A DNA stretch of 64,000 nucleotides from Chitinophagales bacterium (GTDB lineage: Bacteria; Bacteroidota; Bacteroidia; Chitinophagales; S012-47): contig WFPF01000021.1 of the NCBI GenBank assembly GCA_015487695.1, positions 2,658 to 66,657 on the forward strand. The letters are read 5' to 3'. Shown here in pieces: positions 28,863-39,016 of this stretch. The number at the start of each line of letters is the position of its first letter. Position 1 is the stretch's first letter. The translations under genes and the position numbers were made by a program. Under the pieces are notes generated by a model. The model was not told the DNA's origin and did no database searches. It saw only the letters and a program-made list of their open reading frames with translations.

Positions 28863-29792
28863 TTACCATTTTTTCAATTCCTGCAGATCAAAAACTATGT
28901 GAAGGTAATTTTCATACCGCGAAAATGCGATCTCCCCTGCCTGAACGGCTTCAATCACTGCGCATCCCGGTTCGTTGATGTGAATGCAGTTGCTAAAACG
29001 GCATTCGTGCATCCGTGCTTTCATTTCCGGAAAATAGCCGGCCACTTCTCCGGGCTCCAGATCGGCTATGGTCATCTCCTTCACACCCGGAGTGTCTATC
29101 ACGTATCCTCCTTCTTTTATTTCAAACATCTCGGCAAAGGTCGTAGTGTGCTTCCCCTTGCCCGTCTGCCTGGAAATATCTCCCGTCTTCAGTTCGAAAT
29201 ATGGATACATGGCATTGATCAGCGTAGATTTGCCAACTCCGGAATGTCCGGCCAGCAGAGACGTGTTGCCCTGCAGCACGCTTTTAAGTGCTTCCAGGCC
29301 TTCCCCCTTTGTCGCACTCACGAGCATGCAGGGATACCCCAAGGGCTCGTAAATCCCCTTGAGCATCTCATAGCGCTCCATGTCTTCGCTGCCGTACAAA
29401 TCCTTTTTATTGAAAACCAGCACTGCCGGCACGTGATAGGCTTCACAGGAAACGAGAAAGCGATCCAGAAAACCCGGCTTCACATTCGGAAAACGGATGG
29501 TCGCCACCAAAATCGCCCGGTCGAGATTTGCTGCAATAATATGCCGGCCGTGCCGCATACGGGTTGACATGCGCAGCAGATAATTTTCTCTGGGATATAT
29601 CTTGCTGATTATTCCTGTCTTTTGATCCGGCTCGATTTCCACCTCCACGCGGTCGCCTACTGCTATGGGATTGGTAAAGCGCTCCCTGTCCTGTTTGAAT
29701 TTCCCCTTCAGGCGACAGTTCACCCGCTGACCGTCATCTTCCAGTTTGACGGTATACCAACTTCCTGTCGATCGCATGACCAGTCCTTTCAA
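28863..29792 (-). CDS. rsgA: Ribosome small subunit-dependent GTPase A
   Basis: OB fold, NKKD, GHSGVGKST, KGKHTTT, DTPG, C.F.NC.H..EPGC. Confidence 0.97.
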   Translation of the reverse strand: MKGLVMRSTGSWYTVKLEDDGQRVNCRLKGKFKQDRERFTNPIAVGDRVEVEIEPDQKTGIISKIYPRENYLLRMSTRMRHGRHIIAANLDRAILVATIRFPNVKPGFLDRFLVSCEAYHVPAVLVFNKKDLYGSEDMERYEMLKGIYEPLGYPCMLVSATKGEGLEALKSVLQGNTSLLAGHSGVGKSTLINAMYPYFELKTGDISRQTGKGKHTTTFAEMFEIKEGGYVIDTPGVKEMTIADLEPGEVAGYFPEMKARMHECRFSNCIHINEPGCAVIEAVQAGEIAFSRYENYLHIVFDLQELKKW

Positions 29793-30568
29793 AGCTTTTC
29801 TTTCATTTTTGTCCGGGGTTTCCCCGGGATTGATTTCAGAGCCTTCTTCAGTTCAGGCATCAGTTGCGGGTCGTTTTCAATGGCATTGCCCACGACTATG
29901 ATATCGGCCCCGGCCGATGCAATCTGCCGGGCAAGAGCTGCGCTGCGAATGCCGCCTCCGATGAGCAGGGGATTCTTCGTTTTTTTACTCAATTCGCGAA
30001 TCATGGAAAAGGGAACATGATGCTCGGCACCACTGCCTGCATCAAGATAGGTGAGCGACATCCCCATAAACTCACCGGCCCAGGCCGTGGACAAGGCGAG
30101 GTCGTTTTTCGCAGCCGGAATGGGCAGACTCTGTGACATATAATGTGCAGTGGTCAGATTGCCGCTTTCTATCAGCATATAGGCCGTAGAGATCACTTCA
30201 AGTGCACTCTCCTTCAGAAGCGGAGCAGCCTCTACCTGCCTTCCGATGAGCAAGTCGGGATTGCGGCCTGAAATAAGGGAAAGGAAAAGCAGGGCATCGG
30301 CAGCGGGAGCTATTTTTGAGCCCGGCCCGGGGAAAAGGATCACCGGTACAGAAGTGCAAGCCTTGAGTTCTTCCACCGTTTCATTCAGGCGCATGGCCGA
30401 AAGGTGACTGCCACCCACAAAAAAATAATCGGGCAAAGCCAGCGGCTCGCTTTTCAGATATTCCAAAAAGACGTCCACATCAAACTTATCCGGATCGATG
30501 AGCACAGCCAGGCTTTTCAGACCCTGCGCTTTTTTCTTCTTTATGTTTTCAAGTATGTTTCCGGGCAT
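29789..30568 (-). CDS. Geranylgeranylglyceryl/heptaprenylglyceryl phosphate synthase (group II-like)
   Basis: LIDPDK, FVGGS, PVILFPG, SLISGRNP..LIG.Q, YLDAGSGA, GGGIR, VVGN. Confidence 0.92.
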   Translation of the reverse strand: MPGNILENIKKKKAQGLKSLAVLIDPDKFDVDVFLEYLKSEPLALPDYFFVGGSHLSAMRLNETVEELKACTSVPVILFPGPGSKIAPAADALLFLSLISGRNPDLLIGRQVEAAPLLKESALEVISTAYMLIESGNLTTAHYMSQSLPIPAAKNDLALSTAWAGEFMGMSLTYLDAGSGAEHHVPFSMIRELSKKTKNPLLIGGGIRSAALARQIASAGADIIVVGNAIENDPQLMPELKKALKSIPGKPRTKMKEKL

Positions 30569-30649
30569 GACAAATTCTTGAGAGGCAAATATAATTGATT
30601 CCGGGGCTGAATAAGCGGCCCGGGAGGAAGTGCCAGCCTGCTACAACGG

Positions 30650-31411
30650 TCAGATCACCCTGACGGCCTCTGCCGGTATCCATCCCTGCTTATCGTCACT
30701 CAGTTGTATCCGGTACCACTGTCCGGCCGCATCGAGCACTTTCACTTTGCTGCCTTCGTGAATGATAAACAAATCGGTAGCTGAGCGGCCCGGTTCACTT
30801 TTTACGTATGCATTGGGGGCAAAGACGATGGCCTCCCGGCTGTTTTTGTTGATCCGGTAGTTTTCAATATTGAGGAAAAAAACCAAAAGGGTCAGAAAGA
30901 GAAAAAACAAGGCAGAGAAGAAGGCAAAGACGCGTATCCTTCGCCTGCCTGAAAAGAGATACGGCACAGCCAGAAAAAAAGCAATCCAAATCAACACGGT
31001 GGAAATCAGGGCCCATTGATCGGCCGAGCGGCTCCGCAGCAGATCGCGCCACCATACACTGATCACACTCCGTTTCGGAGCTTCCATCTTATCCACAGTC
31101 CGCAGGCGGGCAAGCTGAAGGTTAAATCGCGCATCTTCAAATCGCGGATTCAGTTTCAGGGCTTTTTCATAGTTGTAGATGGCCGGGGCAATTTCACCGA
31201 GGCGGTAGTGGGCATTCCCCGCATTGAAGTAAAGCTCCGCGGATTCATACCCGAGGTGCAGAACGGAGTCGTAATAAACGGCTGCCGAATCAAAGGCCCC
31301 CGACTGATAGTAGGCATTTGCTTTTTCGAAAAGCTGCCCGGGATTTCCGGCCCAGACCAGCCCGCTACCCGCAAGCCAAAACAGAATGAGTATTAAGATG
31401 CTTTTTTTCAT
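30650..31411 (-). CDS. batE: BatE (TPR + TM + SH3b)
   Basis: N-terminal TPRs, two TM helices, LF.IHEG.KV...W..I.L....GW SH3b. Confidence 0.88.
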   Translation of the reverse strand: MKKSILILILFWLAGSGLVWAGNPGQLFEKANAYYQSGAFDSAAVYYDSVLHLGYESAELYFNAGNAHYRLGEIAPAIYNYEKALKLNPRFEDARFNLQLARLRTVDKMEAPKRSVISVWWRDLLRSRSADQWALISTVLIWIAFFLAVPYLFSGRRRIRVFAFFSALFFLFLTLLVFFLNIENYRINKNSREAIVFAPNAYVKSEPGRSATDLFIIHEGSKVKVLDAAGQWYRIQLSDDKQGWIPAEAVRVI

Positions 31412-33162
31412 ACTTGCAACTCCTTTTCAAATCGATTAATCCACGAACGGGCCCTTTCGAGCATTTCGCTGCGCGACAATCCCGCCTGCGATGGAGCATA
31501 CACGGCTGCGCGGCAATTGTCCAGAAGTGTTTCCAGTTCTTCGGCCCTCAGCGGATCGATGCCGAGGCTTTCAAACTTCCTGCGAATTCCCTCCTGTGTC
31601 TGCTCCGAGCGATCGAGGTGGATGCGCTCACCGAGATAATCCCAAAGGATATTGGGTATGGCTTCAAAATAGTCTTTGTCGCTCAGCTCTTCTCCGGCCA
31701 GGCTGTTCAGTTTCTTCAGCGCCTTGCGGGCTGCTTTTTTCTGACGTATCTGCTCGGCACTGCCGGCTGCCTTCATTCTTTGCCTGCGAATCAAAAGAAG
31801 CAGGATAAAAAGCAGGACCGGAGCCAGCATGAGGGCATAATAGCGGGGGGAGGCAAAATAAGAGAGTCCGCTGCGCTTCAGTTTGGTTTCGGTATGTATG
31901 TAGCGTATGTCCTGATCGAGCAATTCTATATCTTCCTTCGAGAGTCCGCTGATGGCATTTTTTCCGCCCGGACTGCTTTGGGCCTCTCCGCTTACCCGTA
32001 TCTCATAAGAGCGGGTATGCGCCTTTTTGTATTCACCCGTGGCCGGATCAAACCAGGCAAATGTCAAAGAGTCCAGTTTGTACGTACCTCTTTGCCTCGG
32101 TACCAGTAGGTATTCATAGCTTTTCGTTCCGCTCAGTACATCACCCCGGGTGCTTATGCGCTCGTTTATCTTTGGATCATACACCTCAAAATCATCGGGC
32201 AGACGGGGCTCGGGCAGATCGATGAGCTGAATATTGCCCGTACCGCTGATTTTCACCCTGAGCGTGAGCGGTTCATTTACCGCTGCCTCATCCGAACTCA
32301 GGGTGGATTCAATTCTGAAGTTTCCCACGGCTCCGTTGAACTCGGGAGGCGCTCCTGCGGGCAGTTCTTTCACTTTCAGTTTTACGGCATTGCTCGTAAG
32401 CTTTATTCTCCGCGTATCGAAAAAACCGTATTGCACATCCACCGTCATCCGGGCGGGGTCAATCACCAGTTCCCCGCTTTTTTGCGGGAAGAGAATCAAT
32501 TTTCGGACTACCGCAGTGCGATAATTGACCCCATTGATGTTCTGAGTTTTGACCTCGGGTTTTTTTATCTCTATATCCTTGCTCCAAAAGCCGTTCAGCT
32601 TGCTGGCCGGCATCTCATAATTGCTGATCCCCGATCGGAAGTAGAGGGTGTAATACAAAACCAACTGCTCGCCCCGGTATACTTCTTTTTTGCTCAGATG
32701 CGCCCGCAAAAAAATATCTTTTTTGGGAAAGCCGCTCACATCGGCCCCGCCCGGTGCTTTTCGCTTCGGCAGGGTACCTGATTTCACCACTTTTATGTGA
32801 ATGGGCCGGGTACTGAGTGTTCCGTTCCCGCTTCGGAGCTCAGCCGCCTCAATGACCTTGTCGCCTGTTCCGGAAGGACGAATCAGATATGTGATTTTCA
32901 GTGTTTTCTTTATTTCCTGGCGACCGTTGACAATCTGCACGCTCATTTGTGAAGAACGGCTGCTGCTGATTACCTGAAAGTCGCTGAATGCGGGCGGAGT
33001 AAGGTTTCGTTCTTCTCCGTTTTCGATTGTAATTGTGTAGCGCAGCAGCTCCCCCTCTTCAATGGTGTTTTTGTTCACCTCCGCACGCAGGTCGGCCTGC
33101 TGGGCACTTGCAGAGCCCAGACTTATCATCAGTAATACAACGGCCAAAATACTCCTCATCAC
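31408..33162 (-). CDS. batD: BatD family protein
   Basis: Ig-like BatD repeats, F.GAVG.F, ISGTGNI, DIRYIH, C-terminal TM. Confidence 0.9.
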   Translation of the reverse strand: MMRSILAVVLLMISLGSASAQQADLRAEVNKNTIEEGELLRYTITIENGEERNLTPPAFSDFQVISSSRSSQMSVQIVNGRQEIKKTLKITYLIRPSGTGDKVIEAAELRSGNGTLSTRPIHIKVVKSGTLPKRKAPGGADVSGFPKKDIFLRAHLSKKEVYRGEQLVLYYTLYFRSGISNYEMPASKLNGFWSKDIEIKKPEVKTQNINGVNYRTAVVRKLILFPQKSGELVIDPARMTVDVQYGFFDTRRIKLTSNAVKLKVKELPAGAPPEFNGAVGNFRIESTLSSDEAAVNEPLTLRVKISGTGNIQLIDLPEPRLPDDFEVYDPKINERISTRGDVLSGTKSYEYLLVPRQRGTYKLDSLTFAWFDPATGEYKKAHTRSYEIRVSGEAQSSPGGKNAISGLSKEDIELLDQDIRYIHTETKLKRSGLSYFASPRYYALMLAPVLLFILLLLIRRQRMKAAGSAEQIRQKKAARKALKKLNSLAGEELSDKDYFEAIPNILWDYLGERIHLDRSEQTQEGIRRKFESLGIDPLRAEELETLLDNCRAAVYAPSQAGLSRSEMLERARSWINRFEKELQV

Positions 33163-34019
33163 CAGTCCTTTTCGCTTTTTCTTTTCCGGGTTCTTCCCGC
33201 TTTTTTCCGCAACATTTCTTCCTGGATTTTTCCCTCCTGCCTTTCCAGCGCTTTCAACAGTCTTTCGGCTTGTTTCGGATCTATCTGCACGGGCTGCCGC
33301 TGACCTTCCTCTTTTTCCTGCTGCGATTGCCCTTTCTCATTCCCTCCCGATTCTTGCTCTTTCTTCTCTCCCTGATTGCTTTCCTTCTGTTTTTGTTCTT
33401 CCTGATTCTGCTTGTCTTTTTGCTCCTGATTTTCTTTGTCCTGCTGCGACTTGTTTTTTTGGTTCTCTTGATCTTTGTTTTCCTGATTCTTTTCCTTCTG
33501 ATCCTGTTTTTGATCCTGCTTCTGATCCTCTTTTTGATCCTGTTTTTGCTGATTCTTCTTATTTTCCTGTTCCTGCTTCTGCTGTTCTTCCTTCTTCAAT
33601 TTGCTGATGGCGTACGCCAGATTGTAACGTGTATCCTCGTCATCCGGCCTGAGCTTCAGTGCTTCTTTATAGGCTTTTACGGCCTCCCTGTACTGATCCT
33701 GTGCAAGATAAGTGTTGCCCAGATTGTGCCATGCACGGGCTTTGTCCGTTTTAGTGCGGGCAGCACTCAGTGCATTGAGATAAGCCTGTTCGGCTTCTTT
33801 CCATTTTTCGGATTCATAGTATACATTGCCCATGTTGAAATATGCCGCATACTTATCTGTTTCCAACCCGGCCGCTTCTTCATAAAATGCCAGTGCTTCA
33901 TCCGTTTTGCCCGCTTCCACGGCCCGGTTGCCCTCCCTGATGAGTTCGCGCGCATCCTGGGCCCTCAGCTGAAGGACTGCCAGAAATAGCAATAATATGA
34001 GCATCCCGTTTCGCATCAT
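33159..34019 (-). CDS. batC: BatC (TPR + Q/K/E-rich linker)
   Basis: TPRs (HNLGN...YK.ALKL.P.D...RYNLA), low-complexity linker, C-terminal EKDW. Confidence 0.9.
   Translation of the reverse strand: MMRNGMLILLLFLAVLQLRAQDARELIREGNRAVEAGKTDEALAFYEEAAGLETDKYAAYFNMGNVYYESEKWKEAEQAYLNALSAARTKTDKARAWHNLGNTYLAQDQYREAVKAYKEALKLRPDDEDTRYNLAYAISKLKKEEQQKQEQENKKNQQKQDQKEDQKQDQKQDQKEKNQENKDQENQKNKSQQDKENQEQKDKQNQEEQKQKESNQGEKKEQESGGNEKGQSQQEKEEGQRQPVQIDPKQAERLLKALERQEGKIQEEMLRKKAGRTRKRKSEKDW
33300..33600 (-). repeat. Low-complexity Q/K/E/D/N coding repeat (KQDQ units) in batC
   Basis: Imperfect 12-nt repeats encoding KQDQ-KEDQ-KQDQ-KQDQ. Confidence 0.8.
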
Positions 34020-35050
34020 TCAAACAAATTTAATTTTCTCCACCATCTCGCCCTGCGTGGCGAAAGCAATAACTCAAACAAGAGAAAGATCAATCCCAGG
34101 GTAAGCGGAAACTGATAATATGAAACATAATTGTCGAGCGAAACTTCCTCAAGTTCTTTCTTGTCCAGCGTATCGAGGCTTTTGAGCAAATCAGGCAGCG
34201 GGTTGTTGCTGCCGGCCAGCTGATAATAGTTGCCTCCGCCAAGAAGGGCAATTTCGCCCAGTATCTGCTCATTAAGCTTGCTTAAAATGATATTTCCATT
34301 TTCATCCTTCTTGTAGCCTCGCAGGTAGCCGCCCGAATAATCGGGAATGGGAGCCCCTTCAGCGGTACCCACTCCGATGGTGTAAATCACAATGCCCTCT
34401 TCTCTCGCACTTTTTACGGCTTCTTCCACATCCCCTTCATGATCCTCACCATCGGTGATGATGATCAAAGCCTTATATCTTTTCTCGCCTTTTTCAAAGG
34501 CTTCGCGTGCAATGCGAATGGCATCGGCAATGGCTGTGCCCTGGGTAGGCACAATATCGGGACTCACCGAACGGAGAAATAGCTTGGCAGCACTGTGATC
34601 TACCGTCAGGGGCATCTGCAGGTAGGCATGGCCGGCAAATACGATCAGCCCGACACGGTTGCCTTTCATCTTGTCAAGCATATTGCTCACAAACTGCCGT
34701 GCCCGCAGAAGTCTGCTCGGTGCCACATCTTCGGCCATCATGCTCTTCGATACGTCAATGGCTACCATCACATCGATGCCGCGTTTTTTTGCTTTTGTTT
34801 TCTCCTTGCCGATCAGCGGGTTGGCCAATGCCAAAATGAGAAAGACAAATGCCAGCATGGACAATGTCACTTTGAGCCAAAGCCGGCCTTTCGAAAATTC
34901 GGGTACCAGCTGACGAAGCAGCGGGACATCACCAAAAGTCTTCCAGTCGCGCTGCCGCAGATAAGATGCCAGCAGAAAGAGCAACAGCATCAGCGGCACG
35001 ATGGCCAGCAGGCCCAGATACTCCATATGTTCAAATCTCAACTCTTCCAT
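34016..35050 (-). CDS. batB: BatB vWA-domain protein
   Basis: DVSKSM MIDAS, P.RL..A, MPLT.D, QGT, ITDGEDHEG; TAATG overlap with the batA stop. Confidence 0.9.
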   Translation of the reverse strand: MEELRFEHMEYLGLLAIVPLMLLLFLLASYLRQRDWKTFGDVPLLRQLVPEFSKGRLWLKVTLSMLAFVFLILALANPLIGKEKTKAKKRGIDVMVAIDVSKSMMAEDVAPSRLLRARQFVSNMLDKMKGNRVGLIVFAGHAYLQMPLTVDHSAAKLFLRSVSPDIVPTQGTAIADAIRIAREAFEKGEKRYKALIIITDGEDHEGDVEEAVKSAREEGIVIYTIGVGTAEGAPIPDYSGGYLRGYKKDENGNIILSKLNEQILGEIALLGGGNYYQLAGSNNPLPDLLKSLDTLDKKELEEVSLDNYVSYYQFPLTLGLIFLLFELLLSPRRARWWRKLNLFE

Positions 35051-36063
35051 TAGCTCGTAAAGGTTCTGAACCACGTAAAACGAAGCAATAATTCAAGCCC
35101 GAGAAATAAAAGGGCCAGCCAAAGCAAGGCATGAAACTTATCGATGGGGCGCGGAATGCTGCTCACCTGCACCCTCGATTTTTCCATGCGATCGATTTCC
35201 CTGTATATCTCGCGAAGGCTCTCCTTGTTGGTAGCCCTGAAATACTGTCCACCGGTCATATCCGCTATTTCTTTCAGGAGATCTTCATCAATTTCCACTT
35301 TCACATAATCAAAGACCAGACTACCGTCAGGTCGCTTGGCAACGGGCGATAGTGCCTTGCCCGCAGAGCCCACTCCGATTGTATAGACCCGGATGCCATA
35401 ATTGACCGCCAGCTCTGCAGCCGTTACCGGGTCTATTTCCCCCGAATTGTTGACCCCGTCTGTCAGTAGAATAACCACCTTGCTGTTTCCTTCGCTGTCT
35501 TTGAGGCGGTTGACAGCCGTTCCCAATCCCGAACCAATGGCCGTTCCGTCCTCTAGCATGCCTGTTTTTATCTCATCCAGGAGATTGAGCAAGACCTTGT
35601 GGTCGATGGTGACGGGGCACTGCGTAAATGCTTCCCCGGCAAAAACCACCAGGCCGATGCGGTCATTCTCACGCTCGGAGATAAATTCCTTGGCCAGTTC
35701 TTTGGCTGCTTCAAGGCGGTTGGGCTTAAAATCGCGAGCCAGCATACTGGATGACACATCCAGCGCCAGCACAATATTGATACCTTTTGTTTCCACTTCG
35801 CTCTCATATTGCGGCAGCACCGGCCGGGCCAGCGCAGTCACGATGGCGGCAAGGGCCAGCATCCTCAAAGCAAAGAGCGAGTGATAGGCCCGCGTCCGGA
35901 AGCTGCGTAAATTTCCGGCCATCTCTCCGCCTCCCGAAAATCGAAGCAGCGGGAGACGCTTCAGGTAGCGATAGCCATACCAAATGACCAGCAGCGGAAT
36001 AAGGAAAAGCCCAAAGAGCACCCAGGGATACATAAAGGTGATATGACTCCATTCGTTCATCAT
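35050..36063 (-). CDS. batA: BatA vWA-domain protein
   Basis: ALARP, DVSSSMLARDF.PNRL, DGTAIG, LLTDGVNNSG, TGGQYFRA. Confidence 0.93.
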   Translation of the reverse strand: MMNEWSHITFMYPWVLFGLFLIPLLVIWYGYRYLKRLPLLRFSGGGEMAGNLRSFRTRAYHSLFALRMLALAAIVTALARPVLPQYESEVETKGINIVLALDVSSSMLARDFKPNRLEAAKELAKEFISERENDRIGLVVFAGEAFTQCPVTIDHKVLLNLLDEIKTGMLEDGTAIGSGLGTAVNRLKDSEGNSKVVILLTDGVNNSGEIDPVTAAELAVNYGIRVYTIGVGSAGKALSPVAKRPDGSLVFDYVKVEIDEDLLKEIADMTGGQYFRATNKESLREIYREIDRMEKSRVQVSSIPRPIDKFHALLWLALLFLGLELLLRFTWFRTFTS

Positions 36064-36995
36064 GACACCACCTCCTCTTCCCGTACTTTAGTTTCTTCAA
36101 TAAATGCACGCGCCCGCTCCATGACTTCCACATTCTGATCCCGTGTGGGCAGGCCCCTGGCAAATTTTACGATATCGGCAATGGTCAGAATGCTTTTCAG
36201 ATTTTCGAGTTCGCGCTGCCGTATATCGGTCTTGCTCATAAAAGTCAGCAGCTCATTGCTTGTCGACTCAAGAGCCGGAATACCAAATCTCTTTTCGATG
36301 TATTCCCTAACGATATCCGAAACCCGGTCGTGATATTCTTTCACTTCTCCTTTTTGCCAGAGTGATTCCATCTCCAGTTTTTCAAGTTTTTCCAGGGCTA
36401 TCACATGGGCCGGGCGGGTATCAACCTTTTCGGGGGCTTCCGTTGCACTTTTCTTTCTCTTCTTCCACCACCATATCAATGCAGCCAGCACGAGAAGCAG
36501 CAATACCCCTATATACCAGAGCAGATATTCCGTCCATGCCCGCGGAAAGCGGATTAGCGGCTTGATCGGACGATAGGCTGCGCTGGTGTCTACCTCTATG
36601 AAATCGACCGTTACAGGAATTTCGGGCGTATGCAGGGTATCCCGGGTAGCTCCGCCTATGGCTAAGGGAACGGGCAGAGAAGGAATGCGCAACTGCCCGC
36701 TGTCGAAAGCGGCCAGGATATAATCTTTGCGGTAGACAAATGAATCGGGATAAACCTGCTCGGCAAATGTGGAATCACGAACAGGCTCAAACGGGGCCCA
36801 CTCGGGCGAAGCCGGTGGCCAGAGCACGGTGAGTGGCGTATCGCTTTTCAGCTCAAGCGAAAGAGTGACTTGCTCACCGATTCGCAGATGGGCCGTATCT
36901 ACAGAAGCCGACAAGCTCACCTTCTGTGCTCCCAGGTAAAGGGGAAGCATCAGAAAGAATACCCCAATTGCCGTATGACGAACAACGCTATGCAT
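36060..36995 (-). CDS. Bat-operon membrane-anchored protein (BatD-like N-terminus)
   Basis: Signal peptide, IGEQ, FDSG, one TM, REYIE.RF...ALE.T, ADIVKFA. Confidence 0.8.
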   Translation of the reverse strand: MHSVVRHTAIGVFFLMLPLYLGAQKVSLSASVDTAHLRIGEQVTLSLELKSDTPLTVLWPPASPEWAPFEPVRDSTFAEQVYPDSFVYRKDYILAAFDSGQLRIPSLPVPLAIGGATRDTLHTPEIPVTVDFIEVDTSAAYRPIKPLIRFPRAWTEYLLWYIGVLLLLVLAALIWWWKKRKKSATEAPEKVDTRPAHVIALEKLEKLEMESLWQKGEVKEYHDRVSDIVREYIEKRFGIPALESTSNELLTFMSKTDIRQRELENLKSILTIADIVKFARGLPTRDQNVEVMERARAFIEETKVREEEVVS

Positions 36996-37860
36996 GTTCT
37001 CTTTTCTTAAACATCCTCAGTAATTCCTTCACATACGGCTCATTGGTTTTCAGCTGAACCGTATCCTTGCCGTTGCGGGCAAAACTGCGCCTGAAATAAT
37101 CTTCATAGCGCAGGTAATGTTCGCGCATTTTTCTTCGGACTTTGCGGCTGCTGCTGTCCAACCAGAAAGCCTTGCCCTGCTCCGGGTCCCAGGCCGGAAT
37201 CAGGCCGGCCCGCGGCAGCTTGATTTCGGCCGGGTCAATCACCTGTATTCCTACCACATCATGCTTGCGGGCAGCAATGCTGAGACTGTCCGAATAATTA
37301 TCCGTAAAGAAGTCGGAGAGAATGAAGAGAATGCTCCTTTTCTTGATAATGCTGTTGAAAAACTCAAGCGCCACCCCGAGCTCGCTGCCCGTTCCTTCGG
37401 GCTTCAGCTCGATGAGCTCACGTATGATGCGCAGAATGTGAAAGCGTCCTTTTTTTGGCGGGATGAATTTTTCAATGCGGTCGCTGAAAAAGATGACCCC
37501 CACTTTATCATTGTTGCTGATGGCCGAGAAAGCCAGCACGGCACTCACTTCGGTGATCAGGTCTTTTTTAAATTGCTGCCTGCTTCCGAATCGCAGCGAG
37601 GCACTGACATCGATCATCAGGATCACTGTCAGCTCCCGCTCTTCTTCAAATATTTTCACATAAGGCGTATTGAGACGGGCTGTCACATTCCAGTCGATGT
37701 TTCTCACATCGTCTCCGTACTGATATTCGCGCACCTCACTGAAGGACATACCCCGGCCCTTAAAAACCGAGTGATACTCGCCCGAAAAGATGTGGTTGGA
37801 TATCCCTCTGGTTTTGATCTCTATCTTCCGTACTTTCTTCAGCAATTCTTTCGTATCCAC
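36988..37860 (-). CDS. DUF58 domain protein
   Basis: GEYHSVFKGRGM.F.EVREYQ.GDD.R.IDWNVTAR, FEEERE; GTG start. Confidence 0.95.
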   Translation of the reverse strand: MDTKELLKKVRKIEIKTRGISNHIFSGEYHSVFKGRGMSFSEVREYQYGDDVRNIDWNVTARLNTPYVKIFEEERELTVILMIDVSASLRFGSRQQFKKDLITEVSAVLAFSAISNNDKVGVIFFSDRIEKFIPPKKGRFHILRIIRELIELKPEGTGSELGVALEFFNSIIKKRSILFILSDFFTDNYSDSLSIAARKHDVVGIQVIDPAEIKLPRAGLIPAWDPEQGKAFWLDSSSRKVRRKMREHYLRYEDYFRRSFARNGKDTVQLKTNEPYVKELLRMFKKREHA

Positions 37861-37893
37861 GCCTGCTTTCGCTTAATTATTGTCAAAAATGGA

Positions 37894-38895
37894 TCAGGGC
37901 ACCTCTACCTTGTTCAGGATTTTCGTGATAATGTCTTCGGAGCTGATGTTTTCGGCTTCGGCCTCGTAGGTGATGCCTACCCGGTGGCGCATCACATCGT
38001 AGCAGATGGCCCGCACATCTTCGGGAATCACATATCCGCGGTGCTGTATAAAGGCATAGGCTTTTGACGCAAGAGCCAGGTTGATGCTTGCCCGCGGAGA
38101 GCCTCCATAGGCTATCAGGGCTTTCAGGTCGGGCAGGCCAAAGCGATCGGGATAGCGGCTGGCCAATACAATATCGAGAATGTAGTTTTCAATTTTTTCA
38201 TCCATATATACTTCATGGATGGTGTTGCGCGCCCGGATAATTTCGGCCGGCTTCACGACCTGATTTATTTTTTCATCATTTTGCCGGAGGTTTTTTCGCA
38301 TGATCAGCCGCTCCTCTTCGCGCTCGGGATAGCTGATGATGACCTTCAGCATGAAACGGTCGACCTGGGCTTCGGGCAACGGATAAGTGCCTTCCTGCTC
38401 GATGGGGTTTTGCGTGGCCAGCACAAGAAAGGGATCCGGCAGTTTGTAGCTGCTGTCGCCAATGGTCACCTGATGCTCCTGCATGGCTTCCAGCAGGGCA
38501 CTCTGAACCTTGGCCGGGGCCCTGTTGATCTCATCGGCCAAAACAAAATTGGCAAAGACGGGCCCTTTTTTTTCTACAAATCGGTTTTCGGCAGGGTTGT
38601 AAATCATGGTGCCGATCACATCGGCCGGAAGCAAATCGGGGGTAAACTGTATGCGGCTAAACTTGGCATTTACAGCCGAAGACAGGGTCTTGATCGCCAA
38701 AGTCTTGGCCAGGCCCGGCACGCCTTCCAGAAGGATGTGCCCCTCGGTGAGCAAGCCGATCAACAAGCGCTCAATCATATAACGCTGACCGACTATCTTT
38801 TTGCTGATCTCCAGATTGAGCAGATCAATAAATGCGCTTTCCACCTTGATCCGTTCGTTCAACTGCTGAATATCTATTGCATTCTCGGTTTCCAT
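37894..38895 (-). CDS. moxR: MoxR-family AAA ATPase
   Basis: LEGVPGLAKT, RIQFTPDLLP.D, DEINRAPAKVQSALLEAM, ATQNPIEQEGTYPLPEAQ.DRF. Confidence 0.96.
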   Translation of the reverse strand: METENAIDIQQLNERIKVESAFIDLLNLEISKKIVGQRYMIERLLIGLLTEGHILLEGVPGLAKTLAIKTLSSAVNAKFSRIQFTPDLLPADVIGTMIYNPAENRFVEKKGPVFANFVLADEINRAPAKVQSALLEAMQEHQVTIGDSSYKLPDPFLVLATQNPIEQEGTYPLPEAQVDRFMLKVIISYPEREEERLIMRKNLRQNDEKINQVVKPAEIIRARNTIHEVYMDEKIENYILDIVLASRYPDRFGLPDLKALIAYGGSPRASINLALASKAYAFIQHRGYVIPEDVRAICYDVMRHRVGITYEAEAENISSEDIITKILNKVEVP

Positions 38896-39016
38896 CTTAC
38901 TATTTTTTTAAAAACAAAGCTAACAACATCTGTTTTCTCCAAAATAGTGCCTCGATGCTCTCCTCTTTAACTTGCTTTAACAGTATATGCTTAAACGCTT
39001 GCCCGGCAGGCATTTA

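Noticed and set aside
33460-33560. Short periodic DNA repeats that could suggest a CRISPR array or VNTR
   Set aside because: In-frame 12-nt coding repeats within batC; no unique spacers and no cas genes
33033-33989. 318-aa very hydrophobic plus-strand ORF that looks like a membrane protein
   Set aside because: It is the antisense shadow of the Q/K/E-rich batC linker, whose reverse complement gives L/F runs
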